Shown here one piece after another: positions 18,609-51,890 of a DNA stretch of 64,000 nt; the stretch's first letter is position 1; every line of letters starts with the position of its first letter. The stretch comes from the human T2T-CHM13v2.0 reference genome, Homo sapiens, in NCBI RefSeq assembly GCF_009914755.1, contig NC_060925.1. One strand, given 5' to 3'. Made by a program: the position numbers and the translations under genes. A model generated the notes under the pieces. The model ran no database searches, had not been told where the DNA came from, and saw only the letters and a list, made by a program, of their open reading frames with translations.

Positions 18609-18754
18609 CTAGCACTTTGGGAGGCCGAGGCTGGCAGATCACCTAAGATCGGGAGTCTGAGACCAGCCTGGCCAACATGGTGAAACCCTGTCTCTACTAA
18701 AAATACAAAAATTAGACAGGCATGGTGGCAGAAGCCTGTAATTGCAGCTACTCA

Positions 18755-18859
<105 letters not shown>

Positions 18860-18914
18860 TCAAAAAAAAAACCCAAAAAAAATCAATGACACTCTAGATA
18901 CATACACAAAATAA

Positions 18915-19420
18915 TCAGAACAGGGCTTCAAACAGATACTTGTATGCCAGTGTTCATTGCAGCATTATTCACAATAGCCAAAAGGTAGAAACAACCCAAC
19001 AGATGAATGGATGAACAAAATGTGATATATACGTACAAGGGAATATTATTCAGTCATAAAAACAATGAAGTTCTGACACATGCAACAATAGGTATGAACC
19101 TTGAAGACATTATGCTAAGTGAAATAAGCCAGACACAAAGGACAAATATTGTATGATTCTCACTTACATGAAATATCTAGAATAGTCAAATTAATAGAGA
19201 CAGAAAGGTTAGCCGTTATCAGGGGCTGGAGGGAGAGGGGAATGGGTAGTTACTGCTTAATGGGTACAGAGTCTCTGTTTGGAGTGATAAAAAAAAGTTT
19301 TGGAAATAGATAGTTGTGATGGTTGCACAACACTGTGAATGTAATTAATGCCACTGAATTTATATTTTAAAATAGTTTAAATGGCAGATTTTATGTAGAA
19401 GTATTTTCCCACAATTAAAA
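18915..19420 (+). mobile_element. L1MB-like 3' end
   Basis: gcagcattattcacaatagccaaaaggtagaaacaaccc, atgctaagtgaaataagccagacacaaaggacaaatattgtatgattc; same family as 7310-8260. Confidence 0.85.
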
Positions 19421-19511
19421 ACCAAACAATAATAAAAATACTAATAATTTTATTAATCAATTTAAGTAAATAAATTTTTATTAGTCAATTTAAGTAAATA
19501 AATAAAATTTT

Positions 19512-19543
<32 letters not shown>

Positions 19544-20232
19544 CAAAACAAGCCAGGCGCGGTGGCTCACCCTGTAATCTCAACACTTTGGGAGGCCGAG
19601 GTGGGCGGATCACCTGAGGCCAGGAGTTCGAGACCAGCCTGACTGACATGGTGAAACCCCGTCCCTGGTAAAAATACAAAAAAATTAGCCAGGCGTGGTG
19701 GCTCATGCCTGTAATCCCAGCTAATCGGGAGGCTGAGGCAGGAGAGTAGCTTGAACCCAGGTGGCGGAGGTTGCAGTGAGATTGCGCCATTGCACTCCAG
19801 CCTGGACGCCAGAGCGAAAATCTGTCTCAAAATAAATAAGTAAATAAAAATAAATAAACAAAAAATAACAAAACCAACCCCCTCCCTACAAAACAAACAA
19901 ACAAACAAACAAACAAACAAAAAACAAACAAAAAATTGACACTCTTTGAAGCAAAACAGAGTACCTTATAGGTCCATCATTCAGCCGACAAAGGAGAGAG
20001 AGGTCTACTGGGGTGAGTTTTCCGGGTCACAACCTGCCTCTCCTGTGCGCTTTCCTTTACACTTTACAAAACAAACACATTTTTTACTTGATCCATATTA
20101 CAGCCCTATGAGGTTGGCAATGTCATATTCATTTTTACAAGTGGGGAAACTGAGGCCATCAAGGTTAGACCATTTGCTCAAGGCCACACTTCTAATGAGT
20201 AGTAAAGCTGGGTGGGAACCCCATCTTTCTGA

Positions 20233-20493
<261 letters not shown>

Positions 20494-21193
20494 TAGCCAG
20501 GATGGTCTCAATCTCCCGACCTCGTGATCCACCCGCCTCAGCCTCCCAAAGTGCTGGGATTACAAGCATGAGCTACCGCACCCAGCGTGTCTGGGTTTCT
20601 TTCTAAGCAGAGTGGACAACTGCCTCTGTCATCAGCCTCTTGAGCTCAGTTTTTCCTTTTGGCCTTGACCTGGGGCCATTGTCCCAATCCCCTGCTTTCC
20701 CCATGGTTGCTCCACTCTGTTCAATTTTTACTTTTCTGATCACCCTCCTCAGCCACCATTTAGGCTCCCAGGCTGGTGGTGACAGCTTGGTGGGAGGAGG
20801 GAAGTATCAAGGATGACGCTGGGCTTCTGGCTGTGTTACTGGATGAATGGAGATGACTGGGGAGGACCAGTTTGGGGTGTAAGAATGCAAACGTAGTGTT
20901 AGACCTATTGAATTTGATGGTCTGTAAGATAGCCCAGACATATCACCATTGTATCCATGGATGCCATTTTGGAGTGCTGTTTAGGAGCTGCAACACGTAC
21001 AGCGCTGGGGCTGTGGAGGAGCCGTGGGTCAGGGGAATGTAGGCAGTGGTGTGTGGAGCCGGCTTCAGTGGACCTGCTTCCCTTCCTTCCCTGGGTATCT
21101 GCTGCTTGCCTCTGGTGTGCTTCTCCCATAAGGGCACTAGGGGACAGCACACAACAGTGGAAATTGCCAGAACTTCAGGGTCACAGGTTCTGA

Positions 21194-21516
<323 letters not shown>

Positions 21517-22602
21517 TAAAGTGCTGGGATTATAGGCGTGAGCCACCACGCCTGGCCTGGACCTCAGCATTTCTCATCCAAAAATGGTTTTAACATGAGG
21601 TAAGATAACACAGTGGTTTAGAGTGTGAGTTCTGGAGCCATAGGATCTGAACTCGTGCCCCAGCTCATACACGTACTTGCTGTGTGTTCCTTTGGCCAAG
21701 TTATTGAACTCCTCTGTGCCTCAGACACCTCATCTGTAAAGTGTGGGTGATAGCTTCATGTGGTGATTACAACCGAGACCAGCACATGGTAAGTGCTAAA
21801 CAGATGTTAGCTATTTTATATTAACCCCCTTCCTCACCTCCACACCCCACCCTCTGGCTCCCTGCCCCGCCATTCTGGGGCTGGGACTCTCAAAGGCAAG
21901 ACCACTGCCTCTGAGAATAAGCTGAGCAAATTACTGGTATTGACCACGACTGCCTACAACATGTTAGGTTTATTATGTGCCTTATTCCATTTAATCCCCA
22001 TAATAAGGCCAGCAGGGTGGCTCACACCTGCAATCCCAGCACTTTGAGTGGCCAAGACAGGAGGATCGTTTGAGCTCAGGAGTTCAGACCAGGCTGGGAA
22101 ACAGCAAGACCTTGTCTCTGCCAAAAAAAAGGAAAGAAAAGAAATTAGCCAGTATGGTGATGCACGCCCGTGGTCCCAGCTACTCAGGAGGCTGAGGCAG
22201 GAGGATCACTTGAGCCTAGGAGGTCAAGGTTGCAGTGAGCAGTGATCATGCCATTGCACTCCAGCCTGGGTGACAGAGCAAGACCCTGTCCCCCAAGCGA
22301 AAAAAAAAATCCTCACAATAACTCAGTAAACAGATCTCAAACTCCTGTTTTACAGCTAAGAAAACAGAGGCTCAGAGATTTAAACCACTTGCCCAGGGTC
22401 ACATAGCTAGTAAGTGGCAGAGCCTAGAGCTGAGCCCAAGTTCATTCTGGTTCAGAGCCTGAGCTCTTTGCAGTGGCTCCTCTGGGCCCCCCAGAAACTG
22501 GGTCCTTAGAGGCCGGCTGCGTTGGCTCACACCTGTAATCCTAGCACTTTGGGAGGCCGAGGTGGGCGGATCACCTGAGGTCATGAGTTCGAGACCAGCC
22601 TA

Positions 22603-22824
<222 letters not shown>

Positions 22825-23438
22825 TTACGCTTGTGGGGTGGGGGTGGCGGTGAAGGGGGTGAGGGGCAAGCGAACAGGGCTCTGTACTGTGTGAGAGCTG
22901 TGGAGAGAGGTGCAGGGGAAGCCCCCTGGAACTCCAGGCTGCACTGTTAGACGGGAGCCCCCAGGGATTCCTGGGGTTCTCTGTCTTGTGCCAGTGCTGC
23001 ACCCCATTGGCTGGGCCTAGAGGGAGCTGCAGGCTGAGGAACCCTATCTTGTGCCAGGTTGAGGCAGGATCTGCTGGTTGGTTCCAAGTCCCTAGTAAAA
23101 GTATTTTCCAGAGTCCTTGTGCCAAAAGAAGCTTCACCCAACCCCCTCAATTTGCCAATGAGAAAATGAGGTGCGAGAGGGGAACGAGCTTAGTTGAGGT
23201 CACATAGTGAGTAAGGGGTGGGCCTTGGTGAATATGGACCTCTGCTTCCTCACTTGCCTCTGTGTGGTGTCAGGTTAAACCTGGGTTCAGATCCTGCCTT
23301 TACTGCTTGGTGCTTTGTGAGCCTGGACAAGTGACTCAGACTCTCTGGGCTTTAGTTTCTACATCAGTGAAATGCATTTATTCATTCAGCCCTTCTCTTG
23401 GCTGCACCCTCATCCCCCACCATACTACTCCCTCACTG

Positions 23439-23440
<2 letters not shown>

Positions 23441-23485
<45 letters not shown>
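23441..23485. repeat. (AC)n microsatellite
   Basis: About 22 uninterrupted AC units. Confidence 0.95.
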
Positions 23486-23488
<3 letters not shown>

Positions 23489-24239
23489 GAAAGGCTACAC
23501 ATGGCCAAGCTGAGGCTCCTGGTCACTCAGAGAGAGCACTGCAGCTCTGGCCACTGAACACCACCCCCTACGTTCTGCCCACCCCAGCCAATGTCACTTC
23601 CAAGAGCCAATGCCTCTTGGAAGCCTTCCTAGAGAGCCCCCAGCTAGAAGGCTGTCCCCTATGCTAAGTCAAGGCCATCTGGGTCCCTAAGTGATCTTGA
23701 CCTCCCCTGCTGCTTTTCCTGCCTTCAGACTGAAGCTCCCAGTGGGCAAGGTCTGTTCTGATTCATCCCTGAGTCCCCAGCACCCAGCCAGGGCAGAGCC
23801 CAAAGGCTCTGGCTGGGAGTGTTTATGGAGGGGGTAAGTGAAGGAGGCCCCTCCAATTCTTCCCCTTTCTCAGGAGCCCATGACCACCAGCTTTGCCTCC
23901 CAAACCATCGATGTGGGAGAAAGTGCCCTGGAGAGAGGGTCAAACAGACCTGGGATGGAATCCTGGTCCAGCCTTTTCCTAACTGTGTGAACTTGGGAAA
24001 TGACCTCACTTTTCCGAGCCTCAGTTTCCTCTTCTATAGATAGCATTCCTGAGGAGGAGACATTTAAGCTGAGAATGGAAAGACCTAGATGGAAAGACCG
24101 AGAGGAAGAGTGTTCCAGGCAGGGTGAACAGCTGGTGCAAAGGCCCTGAGGTTGGGATAAGCTCAGCATGTTAGAGGAACAGGAAGGAAGCCAGTGTTGT
24201 CCGAGTGCAGTGAGCAAGGGGGAGAGGGACTTCTTTTAA

Positions 24240-30839
<6,600 letters not shown>

Positions 30840-30978
30840 TCAGGGTTCAACAGGTGGCCTCGGGGTTCAACAGGTGCCCTTGGGACAAATGCCAGCTATA
30901 AGGCTCATTTACTGAAGAGGAGTGGCCCTTTCTTATTATTTCTGTTAATTTTTTTCCCTTACTGCATAGTCAGTCCAT

Positions 30979-31772
<794 letters not shown>

Positions 31773-32079
31773 GGACTTCAGGACATCATCAATGCCTTAT
31801 AAAAGATAATTTTGGAACATATCTATATTTTTTTAAGTGCTATATATGAGGAAGGGTTTCTCTGCACCCTTCTTCTTCCATTTTGTTGGAAATGGAACTC
31901 TCTTCCTGTGGCTCTATCCCTTCTCATTCCGTCAGCACAGAGTGTTGTGTTCCTGCTTTAGGTGCTGACTGCATTCCACAAATGAGCCAAATTCTCTTCT
32001 GCAAAGTCTTTGCACTTTCTGTTCCTTCCCTCTGGGTTGCTCCTTCATGGCACTCCCTGGACTGGCTCCCTTGCATCCT

Positions 32080-33075
<996 letters not shown>

Positions 33076-33379
33076 ATCATCCTCGACTTCCCTTTCTACT
33101 GTAGGTTTCCTTGGTTATTCCCTACACTTCACTGTTCACTTCCTTCATAGCGCATATGACCTTATTTGTGTAGACTCTATGGCCTTCCTCTCTTGCCCTG
33201 GCTTGAGAGTGCTCAGAGGGAAGGGTTCTTGCCTGTCTTGATCACTGCTACATCCCCAGCACTTGGAGCAGTGTCTGCACACAGTAAGTGCTTAATAAAG
33301 GCTTGTGGCAGGAATGAACTTGCTGGAGAGCCAGGCTCTCATGCTTTCTTTTTCCTTTCAACTTCTTTTATTATTATGA

Positions 33380-37531
<4,152 letters not shown>

Positions 37532-37599
37532 GGAGGGGTGATTTGAGTAATGCTTCAAGGGAGAGAAGGTATAATTTCTACTTATCAGAAACGTGATAA

Positions 37600-38142
37600 G
37601 TTTCTCTTCCTCGGGGCTGTCTACAGAAGTGGGAGCCATCTTCTCAGCAGCATGGTCACCCTCACACCCCTCAGGAAGCCAAGATCATCAAAAAGAGGAC
37701 CAAGAAGTTCATGTGGCATCGTGAACAGTCTGATGGATGGAGCAGACTGTTAAGTGAAAATTAAGTGTAACTGACAGAAACCTAGTGTTATTGGCAGTAG
37801 GGTACAGAGAAGATTCAAGGGCCAAATCTTGATGCCCAGCATTGGGCATAGGCAGAACAAGAAAACCAGGCACATGCTGCCCTGTGGGTTCTGGAAGTTC
37901 CTGGTCCACAATGTCAAGGAGCTGGAAGTGCTGCTGATGTGCAGCAAATCTTACTGTGCTGAGACTGCTCGCAATGTTTCCTCCAAGAACCACAAAACCT
38001 GAGTGGAAAGAGCAGCATAACTAGCCCCCAGAGTCTCCAACCCCAATTCCAGGCTGCACAGCAAAGAAAATGAATAGACGGCTCACGTGCATGCATGCCT
38101 GATTCATGTTTAAATAAAACCACGAAAACTGCAAAAAAAAAA
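37600..38142 (+). pseudogene. RPL32 processed pseudogene (degraded)
   Basis: TOP-like ctcttcctc 5' end; ATG 37652; fragments [45 protein letters not shown] (TAG 38075-38077); frameshifts and stops; AATAAA 38113-38118; A tail 38133-38142. Confidence 0.9.
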
Positions 38143-38465
38143 GTAACACCAAAAATGTGATGAAGCATCAAAAGCATGTGGAACCTGCTACCGCCACTGT
38201 GAACACAAGTCATAGCCTTTTATTCTAGGAATAATAACTAGGGCAAAGCTTTCTTCACAAGAGAAATCAAACACAGAGAAATCTGGGCTCCCTGTATAGA
38301 GCAGCAGCATAGATGGATTGTAGTGCTGTTGACTGAGATGACATTGACACGGCAGTTGTGCCTTCCTGAGGAAGACATCCAGTCCCCTATCCAAGTAATT
38401 GGCACCCACACCAACATTTTGTTCATGTCTTATTTAGGAATCCAGAGGCCTCATTTCAAAAAAAA

Positions 38466-44647
<6,182 letters not shown>

Positions 44648-45384
44648 AAATTTTTCAATTCAGACAAATGTTTATTGAGTGCTTTATGGGGCCAGGCACT
44701 CTGCTTGACTTCAGGGGATTCTAGTGATAAGCAAAACCAGTCAAGGGGGAGAGACTATTAATAATTAAACAATAAACAAATACATACATATGACTCATAG
44801 GAAATACCACAGAGGATAGCAACAGGGAGCATTGTCAGAGAACAGGGAGGTAAGGAGTGACCACGGAGTGGGTCATATCTGTGTTTGAATTCTTGCTTGG
44901 CCATTTACCTGCTGTGTGAACTTGGGCAAGCCTCTTCACTTCTCTGGACTTTGGTTTCTCATCAGGAAGAGACGGCTATCAATCTCCCTTTCTTAGGGAT
45001 GATATCACGAGACAGAGAACATTCATTCCTTCAATAAATATATACTGTGCATCTTCTCCCACTCAGATAAATTACTTGCCCAAGGTCACCCAGATGGGCA
45101 GTGTGTGTTGGTTTTCAACCCGGGTCTGACTGGTTCTCTGGATCTGGCCAGTGGTTGGGGGTGGAGATAAGTCCTAGTCTTCTTCCCCTGAATCAGTCCT
45201 TGAGGAGTTGGGAGCAGTGATCTGCCTCATGAAGGCAAAACACCTGTCCATCTCCCCACCACCATGGCAATGAGGGGCTTCTGCCCTGAGAAAGACCTAT
45301 GATTGCATGACACAAAAGAGACTGTTCAAAGGGACACCATCATTCAGCAGGGCAAGCCTCCTTGCTGGGGGCAACCTGGTAGCT

Positions 45385-45785
45385 CCTGAGCCTCCCTCAT
45401 CTTCACTGAGCCCCTCCAACTCTCTGAGTTCCCATGCCCCTCACTGAACCTCCCTTCCCCCATGGCGAGCCTCCGCCAGCACCTTTGCACACACTCAGCC
45501 CCTTCCCCCTACTGAGCCCCAGCACAGTCACTGAACAGCTCTTCTTCCCCTCTGACTGAGTCATCCTCCCAAGCCCTCCCCTTCCCCTCACTGAGTCTCC
45601 ACCACCCCTGGTCACTGGGCACCCTGCTTCTGACCTCCTCCCTCCCCCAACCCCTCCACCCTTCCTCTTCACTGAGCCTGGCGCCTCTCACCCACCCGCC
45701 TTCCTCTCCCAGCCGCTTCTGAGCTGCCTCTTTGGAGCCCAACTGTCTCGCCCACGAGTCCCCATCACTCAGTCTCACTCACTCT
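45385..45785. repeat. Degenerate C-rich array of (C)ACTGAG-like units
   Basis: About 11 variants of cact(g/c)a(g/a) separated by C/T-rich spacers. Confidence 0.6.
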
Positions 45786-46310
45786 AAGACACCTGAAAGC
45801 AGTTAGAGAACATGTGTTCATGGGGGGAGGATGAGGCTCTATCATCATCCTGCACATCATGCAAGCACGCCATCTGCCTCCTCTTCAGGCTTCAGCAGTC
45901 ACACTGGCCATACCTTCCGCAGGTCCTCCTGAGCCCAGGGTCTGCTGCAGTCCTTCCCAATCGGGTTCAGAGCTGGTTTCTGGACCCCTGGCCCTTGCCC
46001 CCACCCACCACAGAGACCTCCCATCTCTGATGCCACCTTCAAGTAGATGGAAACTGAGGCAGGCCCATGGTGTCTGAGCCAGTGTTTGGTATGGCAGGGT
46101 CATTTCTGTTGGGGGAAAAGTGGGCAGGGTTCCATTCTATCATTTTGTCAGGGCCAGATGAGAAGTGTCAGATAAAGTCCCACATAAAGAACGTCCCTCC
46201 ACCAAGAGGACTAGACCCAGGTATCTGAGCCCCCAGAGGGCATGAATGGCTGAGCTCGTGCATTTCTGTCCAGATTCAAAAATCTGGATTCAGCCACCAG
46301 TCGTCAATAA

Positions 46311-47014
<704 letters not shown>

Positions 47015-47549
47015 AGTTTCCCCCTCTTTAAAATGTGTAGGAACACCGGCTGGGAGGAGTAAACACGAGCCGGGGCAGGGAAAGAACTTTGCACACCGTG
47101 GGGTCCGGGGCTCCTCTGTGATGCCACCAAGGTTTGCAGGCTCAGCGGCAGCGCTGAGGTATTTGTTCTGCGAATAAAGCGCTCTACCTATCGTGGAATC
47201 AGTCCAGCTAGATCCCCGTCCCACCAGGACGGCAGTCGCCCCTCTGCGTTAACCCTTCCACTGCCCTAGTGAGGTGGGAAAGGGGGTCCTTGAGAGCCCT
47301 ATGGCCCAGGAGAGACCGGGCAGAACTGATTCGGCCAAGGGCAGCATGAGGTGTGGGAGGAGCACGGCACAAGGAGTCAAGCCTCCTGCGTTCTAGCCCA
47401 GGCTCTCTTCGCACAGAGGCCTTAGGCAAGACCCTCCCCCGGATGGAGACCGGATTCCGTGAATTTCTAAACACCAGCTACCAGAGCTTATGACTCTGAG
47501 GGGCCAAACCAGGGAAGATGAGGCTCCCTTTGCACCCAAAATTTGGGGA

Positions 47550-47760
47550 GAGGCGAAAGGGGACCGGATGCCCTAGCGGAGCAGAATCCGGCGAAGGGCA
47601 GGACCTGAAGGGTTTGGGGAATGCCCTGAATGTGCAGAGCGCGGGGGGGGGGGGGGGGGGCGGGGCGGATTCAGGGCGTGCCTGTCTCTGATTGGCTGTG
47701 CCGCCCGTCGCTCCGCCCCGTGTTCTATAAGATGCGCGGACGGCGGGCGCGCCTCTGGGG
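47550..47760 (+). promoter_or_regulatory. TRNP1: TRNP1 core promoter within a CpG island that extends to about 48760
   Basis: G18 run 47643-47660, GC box 47662-47668, inverted CCAAT (attgg 47691-47695), GC boxes at 47701 and 47713, TATAAGA 47726-47732. TSS expected near 47755-47760. Confidence 0.85.
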
Positions 47761-47851
47761 TGGGGGCTGTGGCCGTGTCTAGCTGTTCGGGTGTGCTGTG
47801 GTCATCCTCCCTGCGCACCTACAGCCGCAGACCGCCGGTGGGGGGCGGGGG

Positions 47852-48535
47852 ATGCCGGGCTGCCGCATCAGCGCCTGCGGCCCGGGGGCCCAGGAGGGGA
47901 CGGCAGAGCAGAGGTCGCCGCCGCCGCCCCGGGATCCCATGCCGTCCTCTCAGCCCCCGCCCCCAACTCCGACCTTGACTCCTACCCCGACCCCGGGTCA
48001 GTCCCCGCCGCTGCCGGACGCAGCTGGGGCTTCAGCAGGCGCGGCCGAGGACCAGGAGCTGCAGCGCTGGCGCCAGGGCGCTAGCGGGATCGCGGGGCTC
48101 GCCGGCCCCGGAGGGGGCTCTGGCGCGGCTGCGGGGGCGGGGGGCCGCGCGCTGGAGCTGGCCGAAGCACGGCGGCGGCTGCTGGAGGTGGAGGGCCGCC
48201 GGCGCCTGGTGTCGGAGCTGGAGAGCCGCGTGCTGCAGCTGCACCGCGTTTTCTTGGCGGCCGAGCTGCGCCTGGCGCACCGCGCGGAGAGCCTGAGCCG
48301 CCTTAGCGGCGGCGTGGCGCAGGCCGAGCTCTACCTGGCGGCTCACGGGTCGCGCCTCAAGAAGGGCCCGCGCCGCGGCCGCCGCGGCCGACCCCCCGCG
48401 CTGCTGGCCTCGGCGCTGGGCCTGGGCGGCTGCGTGCCCTGGGGTGCCGGGCGACTGCGGCGCGGCCACGGCCCCGAGCCCGACTCGCCCTTCCGCCGCA
48501 GCCCGCCCCGCGGCCCCGCCTCCCCGCAGCGCTGA
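47852..48535 (+). CDS. TRNP1: TRNP1 (TMF-regulated nuclear protein 1), 227 aa, whole CDS in exon 1
   Basis: ATG at 47852 (MPGCRISACGPGAQEG...) to TGA at 48533-48535. Pro/Thr-rich disordered N-terminus, helical core LELAEARRRLLEVEGRRRLVSELESRVLQLHRVFLAAELRL, basic C-terminus. Confidence 0.95.
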   Translation: MPGCRISACGPGAQEGTAEQRSPPPPRDPMPSSQPPPPTPTLTPTPTPGQSPPLPDAAGASAGAAEDQELQRWRQGASGIAGLAGPGGGSGAAAGAGGRALELAEARRRLLEVEGRRRLVSELESRVLQLHRVFLAAELRLAHRAESLSRLSGGVAQAELYLAAHGSRLKKGPRRGRRGRPPALLASALGLGGCVPWGAGRLRRGHGPEPDSPFRRSPPRGPASPQR

Positions 48536-49611
48536 CCTCCACGCCCGGACCCCTGGCCACCCCGACAAGCTTCGCCGAGGTGCCGACCGACCGACTGATC
48601 GCGGACGCCGGCTGGAAGGACTACGGATCCGCAGGAAGAGGCAGTTGGGGGCCAGGGGCCCAGTAGAGGAGGCTGAGGTGCGGTCTTAGCGGCTGGTGCG
48701 TTCGAGGGTCGGTCATGGCGTGTGGGGGGCTGGTCCAGGGCCCGGGAACTCCCTTCCCTGGAGCTTCTGGCGTCTGCTGGGTCCCTAGTAAAGCTGCCAC
48801 TTTCTGTTGCCGCCTCTCCCGACCATCTGGAGAGTGAGAGGTGGTAGCATCAAGTCTCCATTATAAGAGTTGGACTCTTGAGGGGGCTCAGATCCCAGGA
48901 ACGGGTTGGCGGCAAACTTTTACCACTTGGAACCTGCCGCACGGATGCAGCACCCCCCATCCTCACCCCCACTTGCGTGGCCTTTCCCGGGCCCCTCGGA
49001 GCTGTGAGCAGTCTTGCCCTTGAGGATGCTGCTTCCTGGCGCCGCCCAGCTCCGTGCCTTCGGGAGGACAGAATAATGAGGCCCCAGGATGGGGTGGAGG
49101 CTGGCACAGGGCTGTACCACTGAATTCCCCCTCTAGGCCTGTTTCACCTTTGGGGAGACGGAATCCCAGAGAGGTTTAGGATTTGTTCTCTTCATACTTA
49201 GGCCCTTCTTCTTCTAGGAGACAGCTTTTCTTATGCCGTCATGCAGGTTCGCAAAAATTACAGCCTGACTCACATAACCAGGACAGGATGTCTGGCACCT
49301 GCTCACCCAGGGATCCTTACATAGCAGAACCTAGAGGCTTAACTCCCAACCTGTTACTAAGATGGCTCGGCCAGGTTGGAACCAGGTGATACCCTTTAAC
49401 AGGCCCCAAGGGGGCAGGTGTGGTATCAGCTTCCAGAAAGGGGGGCCTTAAAGAGCCAGATCTGAGGTGAGATCTGCTTCTCTTCCTGTCCAGATGCCCT
49501 TCAGTCTCCCATTCCTCTGTCCCCACTGTGAATGACCTGGCTACCACATTGCTGCTCACCAGCTGAGTTAATTTCACTCTCACTTATCAGTCTGCGAAGT
49601 GGATCTCTTAA

Positions 49612-50058
<447 letters not shown>

Positions 50059-51871
50059 TAATTTAAAGTCCTACTTTTGCAGGGTGGAGAGGGGATTTCT
50101 CAAGGTCACATGCCAGTGAGGGAAGAATCAAGGTCCCTGGCCTGTGTGTGCACCTCCCACAGTACCCTGGGCAGGGGCTAGGGAGAGTTGTCCTCTGGAT
50201 CCTGTCTGCTCTGTGACTTAGAACAACTCTGCCCCCTCTCTGGGCCTCTTTCCTCAGTCCCTCCTTGAGTCAGGGCTTGGGAATGGGGTGAAGTGGGGAG
50301 GATGCTTCCTTCCACAGGAATCTGGGAGGGTCAGGTGCACTGCTCTGATAGGCTGAGGCTTGGGGCCCTTATGGGATCCTCCCTCATCAGCCCTTCTCCC
50401 TGGATACCAAACTTTTTGGCTGGTTTCTCGGCTAACAGCAAGGCTTTCCTGAACCCTTTCTTAGCTGGGGAAGGGAGGTTCAGGAGGGAGTCTCAGAGCC
50501 TCTGACAAAGTTAGGGAACCCCAGGGAAGTAATGAAGGGGGCAATGCCATCCTCTGGTCTTTCCAAACAGGGAACACCTTCCAAAGCCACTTGGGTCATT
50601 TGGGGTCTAGAGGCTTAGAGAGGACAGGACATCTTGGAAAGAGCTGAGCTCAGGCCTTGGTGCTGGGCTGCAGCCAGGACCATTTGTTTTCTGGGTTGCA
50701 TGGGAGGGGGCACTTGGTCCGGAGAAGCTTTTAGCTAATGGTGTAAAGTGCTCGGTGCCATCACAGTTTTGGCTTTCTCCAGGATTTATTTGTAATCAGC
50801 TTGTCCCGATTTGGGGGTGGGGTGGGTGAGTAGAGAATTAGAGACGACACTGGCTAGTGTGTGTGTGTGTGTGAAGTAGAGGGTAGTAAATGGAGATTGG
50901 TCCTGGTGTCACAGGCAGCTCTGCCCCCTCCCTCCACTTCCAGATGTCCCACTGCTCCTCATCAAGCTTCCTGGCCAGGGCACACACATGTAGACTTGAA
51001 CCCCAGCTCCTAGTTAGTGCTATGTCCATTACCACATAGCCAACTAACAAAAGGCACCTCCCACACCTGCCTGACCCTCCAGGGCCCCCTCTAGAAGCTC
51101 ACCCGTCTGGCTTTATTCAGGCTGGGTGCGGTGGCTCATGCCTGTAATCCCAGCACTTTGGGAGGCCCACGAGGGCCAATCACTTGATGTCAGGAGTTCA
51201 AGACCAGGCTGGCCAACATAGTGAAACCCCTTCTCTACTAAAAATAACAAAAATTAGCTGGGCGTGGTGGCAGGTGCCTGTAATCCCAGCTACTCGGGAG
51301 GCTGAGAAAGAATTGCTTGAACTCGGGAGGTGGAGGTTGCACCGCACTCCAGCCTGGGCAACAGAGCAAGACTGTGTCTCAAGAAAAAAAAAAAAAAAAA
51401 AAAAAAAGCTCACCCGTCTGCCTCCATTTTCTTCTTAATTAGCAAATATTGATAGGGGCTCAGAAAGCAGAGCCAAATCAGAGGAGGGTCTCTACTTTTA
51501 AGGGCTTATGTCTCCTGGCTCTTTTCCAGGCAGGCTTTTCTGGCTGTCACCATCCCAGGGGATCCCTTGGGGGCTGAGCAGTTTGTTGGAGGCCAGCTCT
51601 AGCCTCGGACAGAAGGCTGACCCACCCCTTTTCCCCACATGACTTTCAGAACACTTTCTTGGTGGCCCCCAGCTCTGGGGACAGGACTGAGTACAGGGAT
51701 CTTGGGGGACCTGTGCATTGAGGACACTGACGGCCACCAATGAATTTATATCTCAGCAAAGGGAAATGAGGGGGGAACAGGAGCCTTTCTTCAGGCTGGT
51801 GCTTGGGGCTGGGAGACCAGTTCAAGGTTCTAATCTGGGACCTGCCCCTCAACTGGATAACCATGTGAGCG

Positions 51872-51890
51872 TTGCCACCAGAGGGCAGTG
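51872..51890 (+). promoter_or_regulatory. CTCF motif
   Basis: TTGCCACCAGAGGGCAGTG closely matches the CTCF core consensus (TGGCCACCAGGGGGCGC), in a mildly CpG-rich patch of the TRNP1 intron. Confidence 0.7.

Noticed and set aside
45385-45785. CRISPR-like interpretation of the repeated motif with spacers
   Set aside because: Repeats are only about 7 nt, degenerate and irregularly spaced; the context is mammalian with no cas genes.
48032-48568. 178-aa antisense ORF over TRNP1, and similar shadows over KDF1 and TENT5B
   Set aside because: Expected in very GC-rich coding DNA; low-complexity products, and no independent promoter or splice evidence.
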